Origin: Streptomyces sp. M10(2022)
Lineage (GTDB): Bacteria; Actinomycetota; Actinomycetes; Streptomycetales; Streptomycetaceae
Reading direction: 5' to 3'
Assembly (NCBI GenBank): GCA_038070475.1
Contig: JAMYWH010000005.1
Location: 7,509,461-7,573,460, forward strand
DNA: 64,000 bases
A program made the translations under genes and the position numbers. The number at the start of each line of letters is the position of its first letter. Positions within the stretch are counted from its first letter, which is position 1. The notes under the pieces were generated by a model, which did no database searches, was not told the DNA's origin, and saw only the letters and a program-made list of their open reading frames with translations. This document shows positions 35,134-46,569 of this stretch, one piece after another.

Positions 35134-36385
35134 GTGGCTCACCTACTGGTGGTCGAGAGCTGGGTCGGATCGATGAGCAGGCTGCTGCCCAGGGCGCTGG
35201 GTGAGGGTGGGCACCACTTCACCTTCCTCACCCGCGACCTCGGGCACTATCTTCACGCCGCCCCGGAAGGCGCCGGTCATCCGCTGCTCACGGCCCGCAA
35301 CATCATCACGGCACAGACCAATGACGCCGGAACCCTGCTGCCCGTGGCCGAGCGGCTGCACGCCGCACTCGGCTTCGACGGAGTGATCACCTCCTGCGAC
35401 TACTACCTGCCCACCGCCGCCCGGATCGCCGCCCGGCTTGGTCTGGCGGGACCCAGGCCCGAAGCGATGGAGAACGCCTGCCGCAAGGACGCGACCCGTC
35501 GTGTCCTGGCCGCCGCGGGCTCCCCGGCCCCAGGTTCGCCGTCTGTACGGACGCGGTCGCCGCCGCCGAGGCCGCCCGGGACATCGGCTACCCGCTGGTG
35601 TTCAAGCCGGTGGATCTGTGCGCGGGCATGTTCGTACGGCGTATCGACGACGAACGGCAGCTGGCGGCGGCCTGCCGTGCGCTGAGCGCCTTTCCCGTCA
35701 ACGCCCGCGGACAGCGCGCAGCCCCGACATCCTGCTGGAGGAGCTCCTCGACGGCCCGGAGGTCAGTGTGGAGACGGTGCTCCACGCGGGCACGGCCCAT
35801 GCGGTAGGGTGACTGACAAGAGTGTCGGCGGCGCACCCGCGTTCATCGAGACCGGCCATATGTTCCCGGCGGCTCTCACGCCCGACGACGTCGAGGCCGC
35901 CACCGGAACCGCCCTGAGCGCGGCGGCCGCGCTCGGCCTCGACGACGTCGTGACGCACACCGAGATCAAGCTGACCTCCGCAGGGCCGCGCGTCGTGGAG
36001 GTCAACCCCGGCCCGCGGGCAACCGGATCACCGAACTGGTCCGCCACGTGACAGGCATCGACCTCGCCGCCGCCTGCATCGATGTGGCACTGGGCCGCGA
36101 GCCCGACCTGCGCCGGCGCGACACCGGGCTGCTCAGCGCGGCCATCGGATTCCTGGTCCCCGGCACCGCGGGCACGCTCGCGTCCATCGACGGCAGCGCC
36201 GGGTGCGCGCCGCCGCCGGGGTGCTCGATGTCCAGCTGGCCGAACCCGGCAGAAGGGTCGAGGCGGCGAAGAGCAACAACGAGTACCTGGGGCACGTCAT
36301 GGCCGGCGACCCCACAGGGCCCGGCGCCCGCGACCGGGTCGAATCGCTGCTCGGTGAACTGCGTCCCCGGCTGGTGCGGGCATGA
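35134..36385 (+). CDS. ATP-grasp enzyme (L-amino-acid-ligase-like), frameshifted
   Basis: It has a GTG start (VAHLLVVESW). The ATP-grasp core carries YPLVFKPVDLCAGMFVRR, EELLDGPEVSVE and VVEVNPRPAG. Confidence 0.75.
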
Positions 36386-37225
36386 CCGTCACCGTATCCA
36401 CGGAAGCGGAGCCGCTGACTCTCCACGGGCTCCTGCGCCGGGTGCTGGCCGGGGAGCTGGGGCCGGATCCGCGTACCCGCCGGATCGCCGTGGCCTTCAC
36501 GACATCCCAGGCCGTACGGCACGACGGGCGGCGCGGCGGGTACCGCAACGAAGTCCTCAGCCTCCGCCTCGGCCGTGCGGTCGGGTCCTGTGCTGTCGAG
36601 CCCGGCGCCCTGGCCGGCGAAACGGTCCACGACTGCGCGGGTGCGGACGTCGCCCGGCTGCTGGAACACCCTGCCTGCCCGTCCGGGTGGCGGCCCTGGA
36701 CGCCTATCTGATGGACGTCCTGCCGCACACCCCGCACCACGGCGCCAGGCCGGTGGGCATCCCCGCCGGAAGTTCACTGGAGCGCTCCCTGGCGCGCGCG
36801 AAGGCTGTCGTCGATCTGCTGGAGGTACGCCCCGGTGCCACGGTCCTGGTCGTCGGAGTCGTCAACTCCCTCCTGGCGGAGCTGCGTTCACGGGGCTTCG
36901 GATACATCCCGTGCGACCTGTTGGGCGGCACCACCGAATGGGGAGAAAGTATCGCCACCGATGCCCTCGAGCGCATCGAACACTGCGACGCGGTGCTCGC
37001 GTCCGGCATGACGCTCGGCAACGGGACCTTCGACCCGCTGCGGGCGCATGCCCTGCGCCACGGCAGGCGGCTGGTGATGTTTGCCCAGACGGGCAGCGCG
37101 GTCCTGCCCGGTTCCTGGGCGCCGGAGTCGGCGCGGTGTGCGCGGAGCCGTATCCGTTCTTCTGGCTCGACGGCGGCTCCGGCACGATCCACCGCTACCG
37201 CGCCGACGACAGGGGTACCTCATGA
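36382..37225 (+). CDS. Rossmann-like DUF364/DUF4213-type protein (tentative)
   Basis: It carries VLVVGVVNSLLAELR...CDAVLASGMTLGNGTFDPL...LVMFAQTGSAVLP. Its ATGA start overlaps the upstream stop. Confidence 0.5.
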
Positions 37226-38353
37226 CAACGGCATCACTGGACACCCTCGCACCCAACCGCGGGCTTCTCGCGCTGCTCGGCCGCACCCGCTGGCGAGAGT
37301 CACAACCGGGCTGCCGGGGCCCCACCCGGCTTCTGGGCCAAGCTCGAAGGCCAGGCCGTAGGCGGCATGAAGGCCCGGGCAGCGGTTTCCATGCTGCTCG
37401 GCGCGGAAGAACGCGGTGAACTGCTCCCCGGAGCGCCAGTGGTGGAATCCACCTCGGGCACCCTCGGCATAGGACTGGCCTTCGCCGGACAGGCGCTCGG
37501 ACACCCCGTCGTCCTGGTGGGCGACATCGAACTCGAGCCGTCCATGCGGCAGTTGCTGCGTTCGTACGGAGTGCGGCTGGAGCTCGTCGACCGCCCGGCC
37601 GAACACGGCGGCTGGCAGGGTGCCCGGCTCGCCAGGCTGCGGCAGCTGCTCGGCCGGCTGCCGGACGCCTACTGGCCCGACCAGTACAACAACCCCGACA
37701 ACATCGCCGGTTACGCCTCCCTCGCCGCCGAACTGGCCACCCAGCTCGACCACCTCGACATCCTCGTATGCAGCGTCGGCACCGGCGGGCACAGCGCCGG
37801 AATCGCCGGACCGCTTCGCAGGCACTGGCCCGCGCTGCGCCTCATCGCCGTGGACGCCACTGGATCCACCATCTTCGGACAGCCCGCGGCACCACGCCTG
37901 ATGCGTGGCCTCGGCAGCAGCATCCACCCGCGCAACGTCGCCTACGAGGCGTTCGACGAGGTCCACTGGATCGGCCCGGCCGAGGCCGCGGACGCCTGCC
38001 GGCGCCTGGCCAGGGGCAATTTCGTCAGCGGCGGCTGGAGCACCGGCGCCGTCGCACGCGTCGCCGCCTGGGCCGCCCGCACCAATCCCGGTGCGGCGGT
38101 CGCCACGGTCTTCCCCGACGGACCGCACCGCTATCTCGGCACCGTCTACGACGACGACTTCGCCGCCACCCACCAACTGGAGACGGACGCCGCGGCAGCC
38201 GAACCCGTCGAGATCCCGCACCGAGAACCACCGGGCCGGGGCTGGGCCCGGTGCACCACCGTCACTGATCCGCTCGCGGACCCATCCCCGTCCCCGCCGG
38301 CCGCGATCCGGCTGCCGCACCGAAAGCCCCATCGACCGGAAGAGAACCGGTGA
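37222..38353 (+). CDS. PLP-dependent cysteine-synthase/SbnA-like beta-replacement enzyme
   Basis: It carries FWAKLEGQAVGGMKARAA (lysine-PLP region), STSGTLGIGLA, GTGGHSAG and PDGPHRYL. It is frameshifted near the N-terminus and its ATGA start overlaps the upstream stop. Confidence 0.75.
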
Positions 38354-39447
38354 ACGTCACGCAGCGCACCGAACGGCTCGTCCTCACCGAGCCACTGCGC
38401 ATCTCGCGATCGATCATGGCCGCCCGCGACGCCGTCCGGCTGACCGTAGGACACGAGGGCCTGCACGGCCACGGAGAAGCGGTCACCAGCGTCTACTACG
38501 GGCTCGACACCTCCACCCTCCAACGCCTGATCGCCGAAACCGCCGGACAGCTGGCCCGCTTCGGGGACCGGAGACAGCCCTGCACGCCCTGCGCACGGGC
38601 GAGCTCAGCAGGTCCGCCACCCCGCCGCGGTGACCGCTGCCGTCGAGGGGCGCTTCTCGACCTGGTCGGCAAACGCACGGCAACCGCCGTCCACCGGTTC
38701 CTGGGATCTTCATCCGCACCCCGGACCGCGACTGCCCGCACCATCTCGCTCACCTCGGCCGGACGGGCGGCGACGCAGGCCCGGCGGCTCGCCGACGCCG
38801 GATTCACGGTGATCAAGATCAAGGCCGGTGACCCGGATCCCGAACTCGATCTCGACCGGGTCCGGGCCGTGCGCGGCGGCCCCGGCGCCCGGCTGCTGCT
38901 CGACCCCAACGGGGCCTGGACGGCACCGCAGGCACGCCGGCTCCTGCCCCGGTTCGGTGAGCTCGGGATCGAGGCGGTCGAGCAGCCGCTGGCCCCGGGC
39001 GACCCGGAAACCCTGGCCCGCCTGGCTGAACGCTCGCCCGTGCCCGTCATCGCGGACGAGGACGCCGTCAGCTACGAGGACGCGCGGCGTCTTGCCGGCC
39101 GCGTCCACGGCATCAACGTCAAACTCGCCAAATGCGGCGGCGTCCACGAGGCCCTGCGCATCGCCGCCCTGATCGAGGGCAGCGGGACGGAACTCATGCT
39201 CGGCTGCCTGACGGCCAGCACCCTCGGCATCGCACCGGCCGTCCATATCGCCGACCGAGCCCGGTGGATCGATCTGGACGGGCATCTGCTGCTCTCCCAC
39301 GATCCCTGGACCGGCATCGGCGGCAGCGACGGATTCGTGGCCGCGAGCGAGCGGCCGGGGCTGGGCGTACGACCACGCGGCACGGCACCGGACGAAGCCC
39401 TGCCCGGCCTGCCGGAGCCCCGTACGTCCTGCGGAGTGGCCTTGTGA
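38350..39447 (+). CDS. enolase-superfamily (MR/MLE) enzyme, probably a dipeptide-epimerase-like protein
   Basis: It carries KIKAG, LLDPNGAW, EQP, IADE and KLAKCGG. Its GTGA start overlaps the upstream stop. It is frameshifted near residue 100. Confidence 0.7.
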   Translation: MNVTQRTERLVLTEPLRISRSIMAARDAVRLTVGHEGLHGHGEAVTSVYYGLDTSTLQRLIAETAGQLARFGDRRQPCTPCARASSAGPPPRRGDRCRRGALLDLVGKRTATAVHRFLGSSSAPRTATARTISLTSAGRAATQARRLADAGFTVIKIKAGDPDPELDLDRVRAVRGGPGARLLLDPNGAWTAPQARRLLPRFGELGIEAVEQPLAPGDPETLARLAERSPVPVIADEDAVSYEDARRLAGRVHGINVKLAKCGGVHEALRIAALIEGSGTELMLGCLTASTLGIAPAVHIADRARWIDLDGHLLLSHDPWTGIGGSDGFVAASERPGLGVRPRGTAPDEALPGLPEPRTSCGVAL

Positions 39448-39650
39448 GGACCTGGCACGAAATCCGCAGCTTCCCACCCGCCGTCCGCCTCCTGCTGGTC
39501 AACCAGCTCGGTGTCAACACCGGCTTCTACCTGCTCATCCCTTTCTCGCCAGCCACCTCGACGACAACCTGGGCATGTCGGCAGCTGTCGTCGGCATCGT
39601 CCTCGCGATGGAAGACCGCACCCGGCCCGGAAAGGAGCGACGCCCGTGAA
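39444..39650 (+). pseudogene. MFS transporter N-terminal remnant (about 68 codons)
   Basis: It reads VRTWHEIRSFPPAVRLLLVNQLGVNTGFYLLIPF...VVGIVLA and then stops abruptly. A GTGA overlap links it to the ABC gene. Confidence 0.55.
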
Positions 39651-41164
39651 CCAGCCTCCCGTACTCGCCGACATCAACGCACTGACCGTCGAGATCGACG
39701 GACGCGTGATCGTCGACCGTGTCGGCTTCCGGATCCGGGCCGGTACGGTCACCGCGCTTGTCGGCGCATCAGGCAGCGGCAAGACGACGACCGGACTCGC
39801 CCTGCTCGGCGAGTACCCGCGGGCGCCAGGGTGACGGGCGAGGTGCGGATGCACGACACCCGTGTCGGCTACATCCCCAGCACCCGCTGCCGTCCTGAAC
39901 CCGGCCCGCCGTATCGGCGCCCTCCTGCTCGACATGGCGCGACAGCAGGTGCGCGACCTGCCCAGGTCCCGGCGCCGCACAGCCGCACGCGAGCGAGTGA
40001 TCGAGGTGCTGGGCAACGCTGAACTACCCGACCCGGAAGCCATATTGCGCCGATACCCGCATCAGCCGTCCGGTGGCCAGCAACAGCGCGTCGTCCTCGC
40101 GCAGGCACTGCTCATCGGCGCTCGCATCCTCGTGGCCGACGAACCCACCACGGGGCAGGACACCCTCACCGAACGCCGCATCGTGGGCCGGCTGGCAGCA
40201 GTGGCCCGCCGGGGCGTGGCCGTGGTGCTGCTCAGCCACGACCTCGACGTCGTACGGGAACTCGCCGACGAGGTGCTGGTGATGCGCGGCGGCCGTGTGG
40301 TGGATCGCGGACCGGCACACCGCCTGCTGGACGACGCCCCGCACGCCTGCGGACCCGGAAATCCTTGCCGCGTCAGGCCGACCGCCCCTCCCGGAAACCG
40401 GCACTCCCAGGGCGCAGGTGCTGCGCGTGGACGGACTCGCACTGCGAACCGGCGAATGCCTCGCCGTCGTCGGACGCTCGGGCAGCGGCAAGACAACGCT
40501 CGCCCGCTGCCTGGCCGGCCTCCACCGAGACCATCAGGGCGAGGTGCTGCTCGACGGGACGCCGCTGCCCCGCAGTCTGCGTGACCGCAGCCGCGAGCAA
40601 CTCGCCGCCGTGCAGTACGTCTTCCAGGACGCGCGGGCCGCCTTCGATGAACACCGTCCCGTCCTGGACCAGGTGGCACGCACTGCCGTACGCCTGCGCG
40701 GCGCCGGCCGGCCGGAAGCGGAGCAGGAAGCCCGGCAGACCCTGGCCGACCTGGGACTGGAGGGGCAGCTCGTACGCCGTCCGCCCGGACTCCTGTCCGG
40801 CGGCGAACTCCAGCGCGCCGCGCTCGCAAGGGCACTCCTCGCCCGGCCCCGGGTGCTCGTCTGCGACGAAATCACCTCCGGGCTCGACCCGGTCACCCGG
40901 CGTGTCCTGCTGGACCTGCTGGCCCGGTTCCTCGAACAGCGGGACGGGCTGTCCATCGTGCTGATCACCCACGACCTGGACACGGCTGCCGTACTGGCGG
41001 CACGCATCGTCGTACTGGACGGCGGGGAGATGGTCGAACAGGGCTCGGCACAAAGGATTCTGACCAGTGCCCGGCACCCGTTCACGGCCGCGCTGCTCGG
41101 TGCGTCGACGCACTGGGGAGCTGCCGTACGTTCCCGATCGCACGAGCCGGATCCGGCCACTTAG
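39646..41164 (+). CDS. ABC ATP-binding protein with two NBDs (DppD/DppF-like, fused or overlapping), frameshifted
   Basis: NBD1 carries GASGSGKTT and SGGQQQRV. NBD2 carries GRSGSGKTT, LSGGELQR and VCDEITSGLD. Both show the oligopeptide-type C-terminal region. No cognate permease or substrate-binding-protein gene is adjacent. Confidence 0.7.
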
Positions 41165-41173
41165 GGTTGTCTC

Positions 41174-42079
41174 CATGTGGCCTGGACAGCAGTCGACCGG
41201 TAGCGAGCACAATCCGTACCAGCAAGGACAAGGGGCTCAGGGGCCGGCTCCTGGGCAGCGCCCACGCTCCCGGGTGGGATGCCCTCGCCGCCGCCCCTCC
41301 TCGGCGCGGCGGCGGCAGGACCGCGGTCATCGCCGTCGTGGCGGCGGCTGCCGTTGTGATCGCCGCCGGGGTGACCGGATTCCTCGTACTGGGTGGCGAC
41401 AAGGACGAAAAGGCTGCGCCCGTTGCCACACCCACGGCTTCCGGAACGGGTGCCGGCGCCGCACGCGCGGGCACCGATGGCGAAGCTGTTCCCGTCATAC
41501 CCGGCTGGAAGACGGTGGTGAACCCAAGCGCGGTATCGCCTTCGACGTTCCCGTCGAGTGGGCGCTCAAGTCGGTGACCTGGTCCAGCTATGTCGCGGAC
41601 AACAACGATCCGGAGGAGAAGCCCCTTGTCGGCTTCAGCGCCCCGGCCGTGCTCCAGGAGAAGTGGTGCACGTCCGACGACGACCGGGACGGCAGCATGG
41701 ACGACAGCCCCTGGCCACCGCGGGTTCGCGGGGTGAGAGCGCGGCCAGGAGCACCGGGGAAGCGGCCAGGAGCAACGCGGACCTGTGGGTGTTCGGGGCC
41801 TATGCCCAGCCGGACAGGAAGAAGGTCACCACCGGTGCGGCCGAGTCCTTCACGACCGGGTCCGGTATCACCGGCAGCGTCGCGACGGCCACTTCCTCCG
41901 GTGTGGTGAAGAAGGGCAAGTGCGACACTGACGGCAAGGCCACGGCGTTCGCCTTCAAGAACGCGCAGGGAGAAATCGTCTCCTGGACCTTCATCGGCGC
42001 GCTCGGTGTCGCGGACGAGGTGCCGGACGCGACCGTACGGAAGATCCTCGGCACGGTCCGTCTGCTGGACGGCCACTGA
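41174..42079 (+). CDS. hypothetical membrane-anchored protein, frameshifted
   Basis: It has a Pro/Gln-rich N-terminus, one TM segment (VIAVVAAAAVVIAAGVTGF) and a C-terminal domain ending LLDGH. Confidence 0.45.
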
Positions 42080-42106
42080 TCCGGGCGCAGAGCCCTCCGC
42101 ACATCC

Positions 42107-42146
42107 GAGCGTCCCGGCAGCCGCCCGTCCGGCCGCCGGGACGCTC
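42107..42146 (+). terminator. perfect 12-bp-stem hairpin, a candidate intrinsic terminator
   Basis: The stem is GAGCGTCCCGGC ... GCCGGGACGCTC and lies 28 bp after the stop at 42079. There is no clear U-tract, which is common in high-GC genomes. Confidence 0.4.
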
Positions 42147-42583
42147 TGCTGTCCGGGGCGGGAGGGCTTCGCCCCGGCCGAAGCGGAATCAGAACCACCT
42201 GACCGGACGTACACTCGGCTCATGGGTCGCACTAGTGCCACGAGGGAGTGCCTGCAGCAGGCCACCTCCGTGCTGCGCCCGCTCGCCCGGACCCGGCAGT
42301 CACCGGCCCGGCGACCACAGCAGGACTGGACGCGCCGAAGAACTGCCGCATAGCGCTGCACGGTCACGGCTAGCGATCTTCAGCGGTTTCTGACCGGGTG
42401 ATCCCGGCCGCTGCTTCTCCACGTACATCGCAGGACATTTCTGCCAGGCCGGTCTGTCGTGCCCGGCACCCGCCGGACGGGAACGACCGCCGGCTCCACC
42501 ACATCACCGCAGCTTCGGCTTACCGCCGTCGCTGCTGACAGGCGACGCCGCACCACGGCAGAGCCACCTTCGAAGGGATCATC

Positions 42584-44053
42584 TTGAAACTGAGCGAGCT
42601 GCTGGCAGGGCAGGAGTACCACACTCTCCAGGGTGACCCGGAGAAGACGTGGATCACCGCGGGAACCGCCTTCGACGCGGACCGGGTGGTGCCGGGCTCG
42701 CTTTTCATCGCGGTCCCCGGCCACGTCGAGGAGGTCCGGGCTCAGTCGCCCCGGCCCTCGCACGGGGAGCGGTTGCAGTACTCGTCGACGGCACCGCACC
42801 CGCGCTCCCCGCATCGGAAGCGGATGTATGCGTAGTGCGGGTGCCGGACACCCGTACCGCCGCCGCGGTCGTCGCCTCGCGCTACTTCGGTGAGCCGGGC
42901 CGGCAGATGGACATGGTGGCGATCACCGGCACCAACGGGAAGACCTCGGTCTCGTACATGGTCGAGTCCGTGCTGCGGATCTCCGAGGGCGTGAGGGCCG
43001 GAGTCATCGGAACGGCCGGGAGCAGGATCGGTGACGAACTGATCCCGATGCCGCGGTCGGTGCTGACCACGCCGGAATCCCCGGACCTGCAGTACCTGCT
43101 GGGGTGCATGCGCGACCGGGGTGGCCAGTGTGGTGCTCGAGGCCACGTCGATGGGGCTGCTGACACACCGGGTGGACCGTACGTTCGTCGACGTCGGAGT
43201 CTTCACCAACCTGAGCCAGGACCACCTGGACGACCACGGGACGATGGAGAACTACCGGGACGCCAAACTCCGACTCTTCCAGGGTCTGTGCCGGCACGCG
43301 GTGGTCAACATCGACGACGCGGTGGGCGCCACCATCCCGGCGATGATGCCCGGCGCGGTGACGACGTACGCCCTGGACACCGAGGCGGACTACCGGGCCA
43401 CCGATCTGACCGTCGACGCCCGGGGTACCCGCTTCACGCTGCACCACGACGGCCGCAAGTACCCGGCGGCGATCCCCGCACCCGGCAGGTTCTCCGTCGC
43501 CAACGCGCTGGCGACGGTGGCGGCCTGCCACGTCCTCGGGCACGACCTGGCAGGGCTGGTCGACGCCCTCGAACGGATGCCGCAGATCCCGGGCAGGTTC
43601 GAACGCTTCCAGACCCCGAAGGGCACTTCGGTGATCGTGGACTACGCGCACTCCCGGACTCCTGCACAAGGTCCTGACCACGATCCGCGGCTTCGCCGGG
43701 GCCAAGGTCATCACGGTCTTCGGCTGCGGCGGGGACCGGGACACCACCAAGCGTGCCGAGATGGGGAGATCGCCGGAACCCACTCCGACCTGTGCGTCCT
43801 GACCTCCGACAATCCCCGCAACGAGGACCCCGGGGCGATCATGGACCAGATCGCCCCCGGCATCGAATCGACCGGTACCCCGTTCGAGCGCTTCGCCGAC
43901 CGCCGCCAGGCCATCGCCTCGGCCCTGGCCGCCGCCGGCCCGGACGACATCGTCCTGGTCGCGGGCAAGGGCAGCGAGCCGTATCAGATCGTCGGCGACG
44001 ACCTGATTCCCTTCAGCGACATGGCCACCGTGCACGAACTCGCGGAGGCGTAA
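42584..44053 (+). CDS. Mur-ligase-family protein (MurE-like paralog), frameshifted
   Basis: It carries [53 protein letters not shown] and VAGKGSE. Confidence 0.8.
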
Positions 44054-44110
44054 CAACCCGCCTGTCCCGGGCACGATCGCGTCCGGGACAGGACATCTGC
44101 GCGGGTCCGG

Positions 44111-44766
44111 TCACTCGGGCCACGGTGAGTCCAGGATGGTGCGGACGAAGTCCCCGCGCTCGAAGCCGGGATCGTAGTGCTGGAGCACATCGGCCTTGAC
44201 GTTCCCGAACGTTGTCTCCGGCTTCGGCCGGATTCCGTCCGTGAACGCGCCGAGGATGCGCCGCTTGAAGTCCGGCCGCGGATGCAGCGCGACGATCTCG
44301 GCCCGGTCGGCCTCGGAGATGTCCCCGTAGCCGATGCCGAGCACGTCGTACTCCACACCTGCCGTCACCAGCGCCACCTCGGGTTCCATGTAGGACGGAA
44401 TTCCGGGTGTCGTATGCAGGGCGATGGCTGTCCACACCCGTCGGACACTGTCCTGGGGAACCTGATGGGACTGCAGGAAGCGGCGCGCCTCGTCCGCACT
44501 GTCGACCTCGAAGCGCCGTCCGCTGGAGCGGAACCGCTCACCGAGCCCGAGGTCGTGGAACATGGCGCCGATGTAGAGCAGCTCGGAGTCGAAGCCGAGG
44601 TCGCGGTTGCGCCCTGCAGGGCGCCGAAGAGGAAGACCCGGCGCGAGTGGTGGTAGACCAGCTCACTTGTGGTGTCCCGCACCAGCTCCGTGGCTTCGGC
44701 GGCGAGCCTCGTCTCCGGTACGCGCACACCGGCTACGAGGGGCGGGTCGGTCGTCAACGTGTTCAC
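44111..44766 (-). CDS. HD-domain phosphohydrolase-like protein
   Basis: It carries VYHHSRRVFLFGAL...MFHDLGL. It is frameshifted. Confidence 0.55.
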
Positions 44767-45088
44767 CCGAATCTCTGTGGAACGGTACGCCGGGCTCTCC
44801 GGCGTACCGCTCCAGGATCGGTGGTAGGTGCCTGCCGTGCCATGGCCGACAGGCCGTGCATTCCACAGAGACAGGAAGACAGGCGGCGGCCCGCCGGGTC
44901 CCGCCGATCGCGAACTGCCCTGATCCTGTTCGGCCGGCCGGTTGCTTCCGTTCCCTCGGTCATTGGCATGGACCTGCCCATGAAAACGGACTACAGTCCG
45001 TTTCGGCACATCTGAGAGCGCTCTCAGGTCGCTCTCGTACATCTCCTGTTCCACCCCCACAAGCTGGAACAACAGAAGGGTCACTCCC

Positions 45089-46235
45089 TTGAGACATGCG
45101 ACGCTCGTACGGACCGGCCTGTCCGTACTTCTCATCCTCGGCAGCTGGACCACCGCCGGCCTGACCCAGGCCTCCGCGGCGGACTCGCCGGCTGCCGCGC
45201 CTCCGCCGGCCTCCGCCGGACTCCTCACCGCGATGCAGAGGGACCTGGGGCTGACGAAGAGTCAGGCCGAGGCGCGGCTCTCCGCCGAAAAGGCGGCAAC
45301 AGCCCTGCAGGGCGTGGCGCAGCGCGCTGCGGGAACCTCGTTCGGCGGCTCCTGGTTCGACGCCGGGAGCGGCAAGCTGACGGTCGCGGTCACGGACGGG
45401 CGGAAGGCACCCGCGGTACGGGCGACCGGCGCCGACGTCCAGTTGGTCGACCACACCGCCCGGCAGCTCGACGCGGCCAAGAAGCAGATAGACGCGCTCA
45501 AGGCCCCAGCGGCGTCAGTAGCTGGCACGTCGACCCCGAAACCAGCACCGTCGTCGTGAACGTCGTCGCATCCGAGCAGAATGACAACGATGTCCGCGCC
45601 TTCGTCGCGAAGGCACGGAAGGCCGGCCCTGTCACCGTCGACCCGACCGCCGCTGCTCCGCAGACCTTCGCTGCGGGAACAGTGGGCGGTGACCCTACTA
45701 CACGGGCAACGTCCGCTGCTCCATCGGCTTCTCGGTGCACGGCGGCTTCGTCACGGCCGGTCACTGCGGCCAGGCCGGCGCGGCAGTCCGGGGATGGGAC
45801 AACTCGGCGATAGGCAACTTCCAGGGTTCGTCCTTCCCGGACAACGACTACGCCTGGGTTAACGTGGGCAGCGGCTGGTGGACCGTGCCGGTGGTCCTGG
45901 GCTGGGGCACCGTATCGGACCAGCTGGTCCGGGGCTCCAACGAGGCACCGATCGGCGCCTCGATCTGCCGCTCCGGTTCCACGACGCACTGGCACTGCGG
46001 CAATGTCCTGGCCAAGAACGACACCGTGAACTACAGCCAGGGCGCCGTCCACCAGATGACCAAGACCAGCGTGTGCGCCGAGGGCGGCGACTCGGGCGGC
46101 TCGTTCATCAGCGGTGACCAGGCGCAGGGTGTCACCTCCGGCGGCTCGGGCAACTGCAGCAGCGGCGGTCAGACCTGGCACCAGCCGATCAACGAGATTC
46201 TCAACCGGTACGGGCTGACGCTCCACACGGCCTGA
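45089..46235 (+). CDS. secreted S1 (chymotrypsin-fold) streptogrisin / alpha-lytic-type protease with a propeptide
   Basis: It has a signal peptide. The catalytic triad region carries TAGHCG, GDSGGS and the C-terminal segment SGGSGNCSSGGQTW. It is frameshifted. Confidence 0.8.
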
Positions 46236-46569
46236 CCGGTTCCGGCTGCCCGGCGCAGGCGCCGGGCAGCCGGGGCTGGATCATGATGCCGGAGGTCCGA
46301 TGCGGGCGGGTGCTTCCCTGTCCGCATCGGACCTCCGTGCGTCGTGGCCCGCGTTTTCCGGGTTCCGCGCAACTGTGCTGATGACGCCGTCCCCATCGGG
46401 AACGTCAACGGCCCGTGCACCGGGCATCGTTGACTCACTATTGACATGTTCTCAGCAGCGGCGTAACACTGGCACCGCTTTGGAGAGCGCTCTCCCAACT
46501 GCGCGATCCGGCTCCACTCTTCCCCAGCGCACACCCCGTGTGCGTACGCAGAGCGGCATGGAGGTCCGC

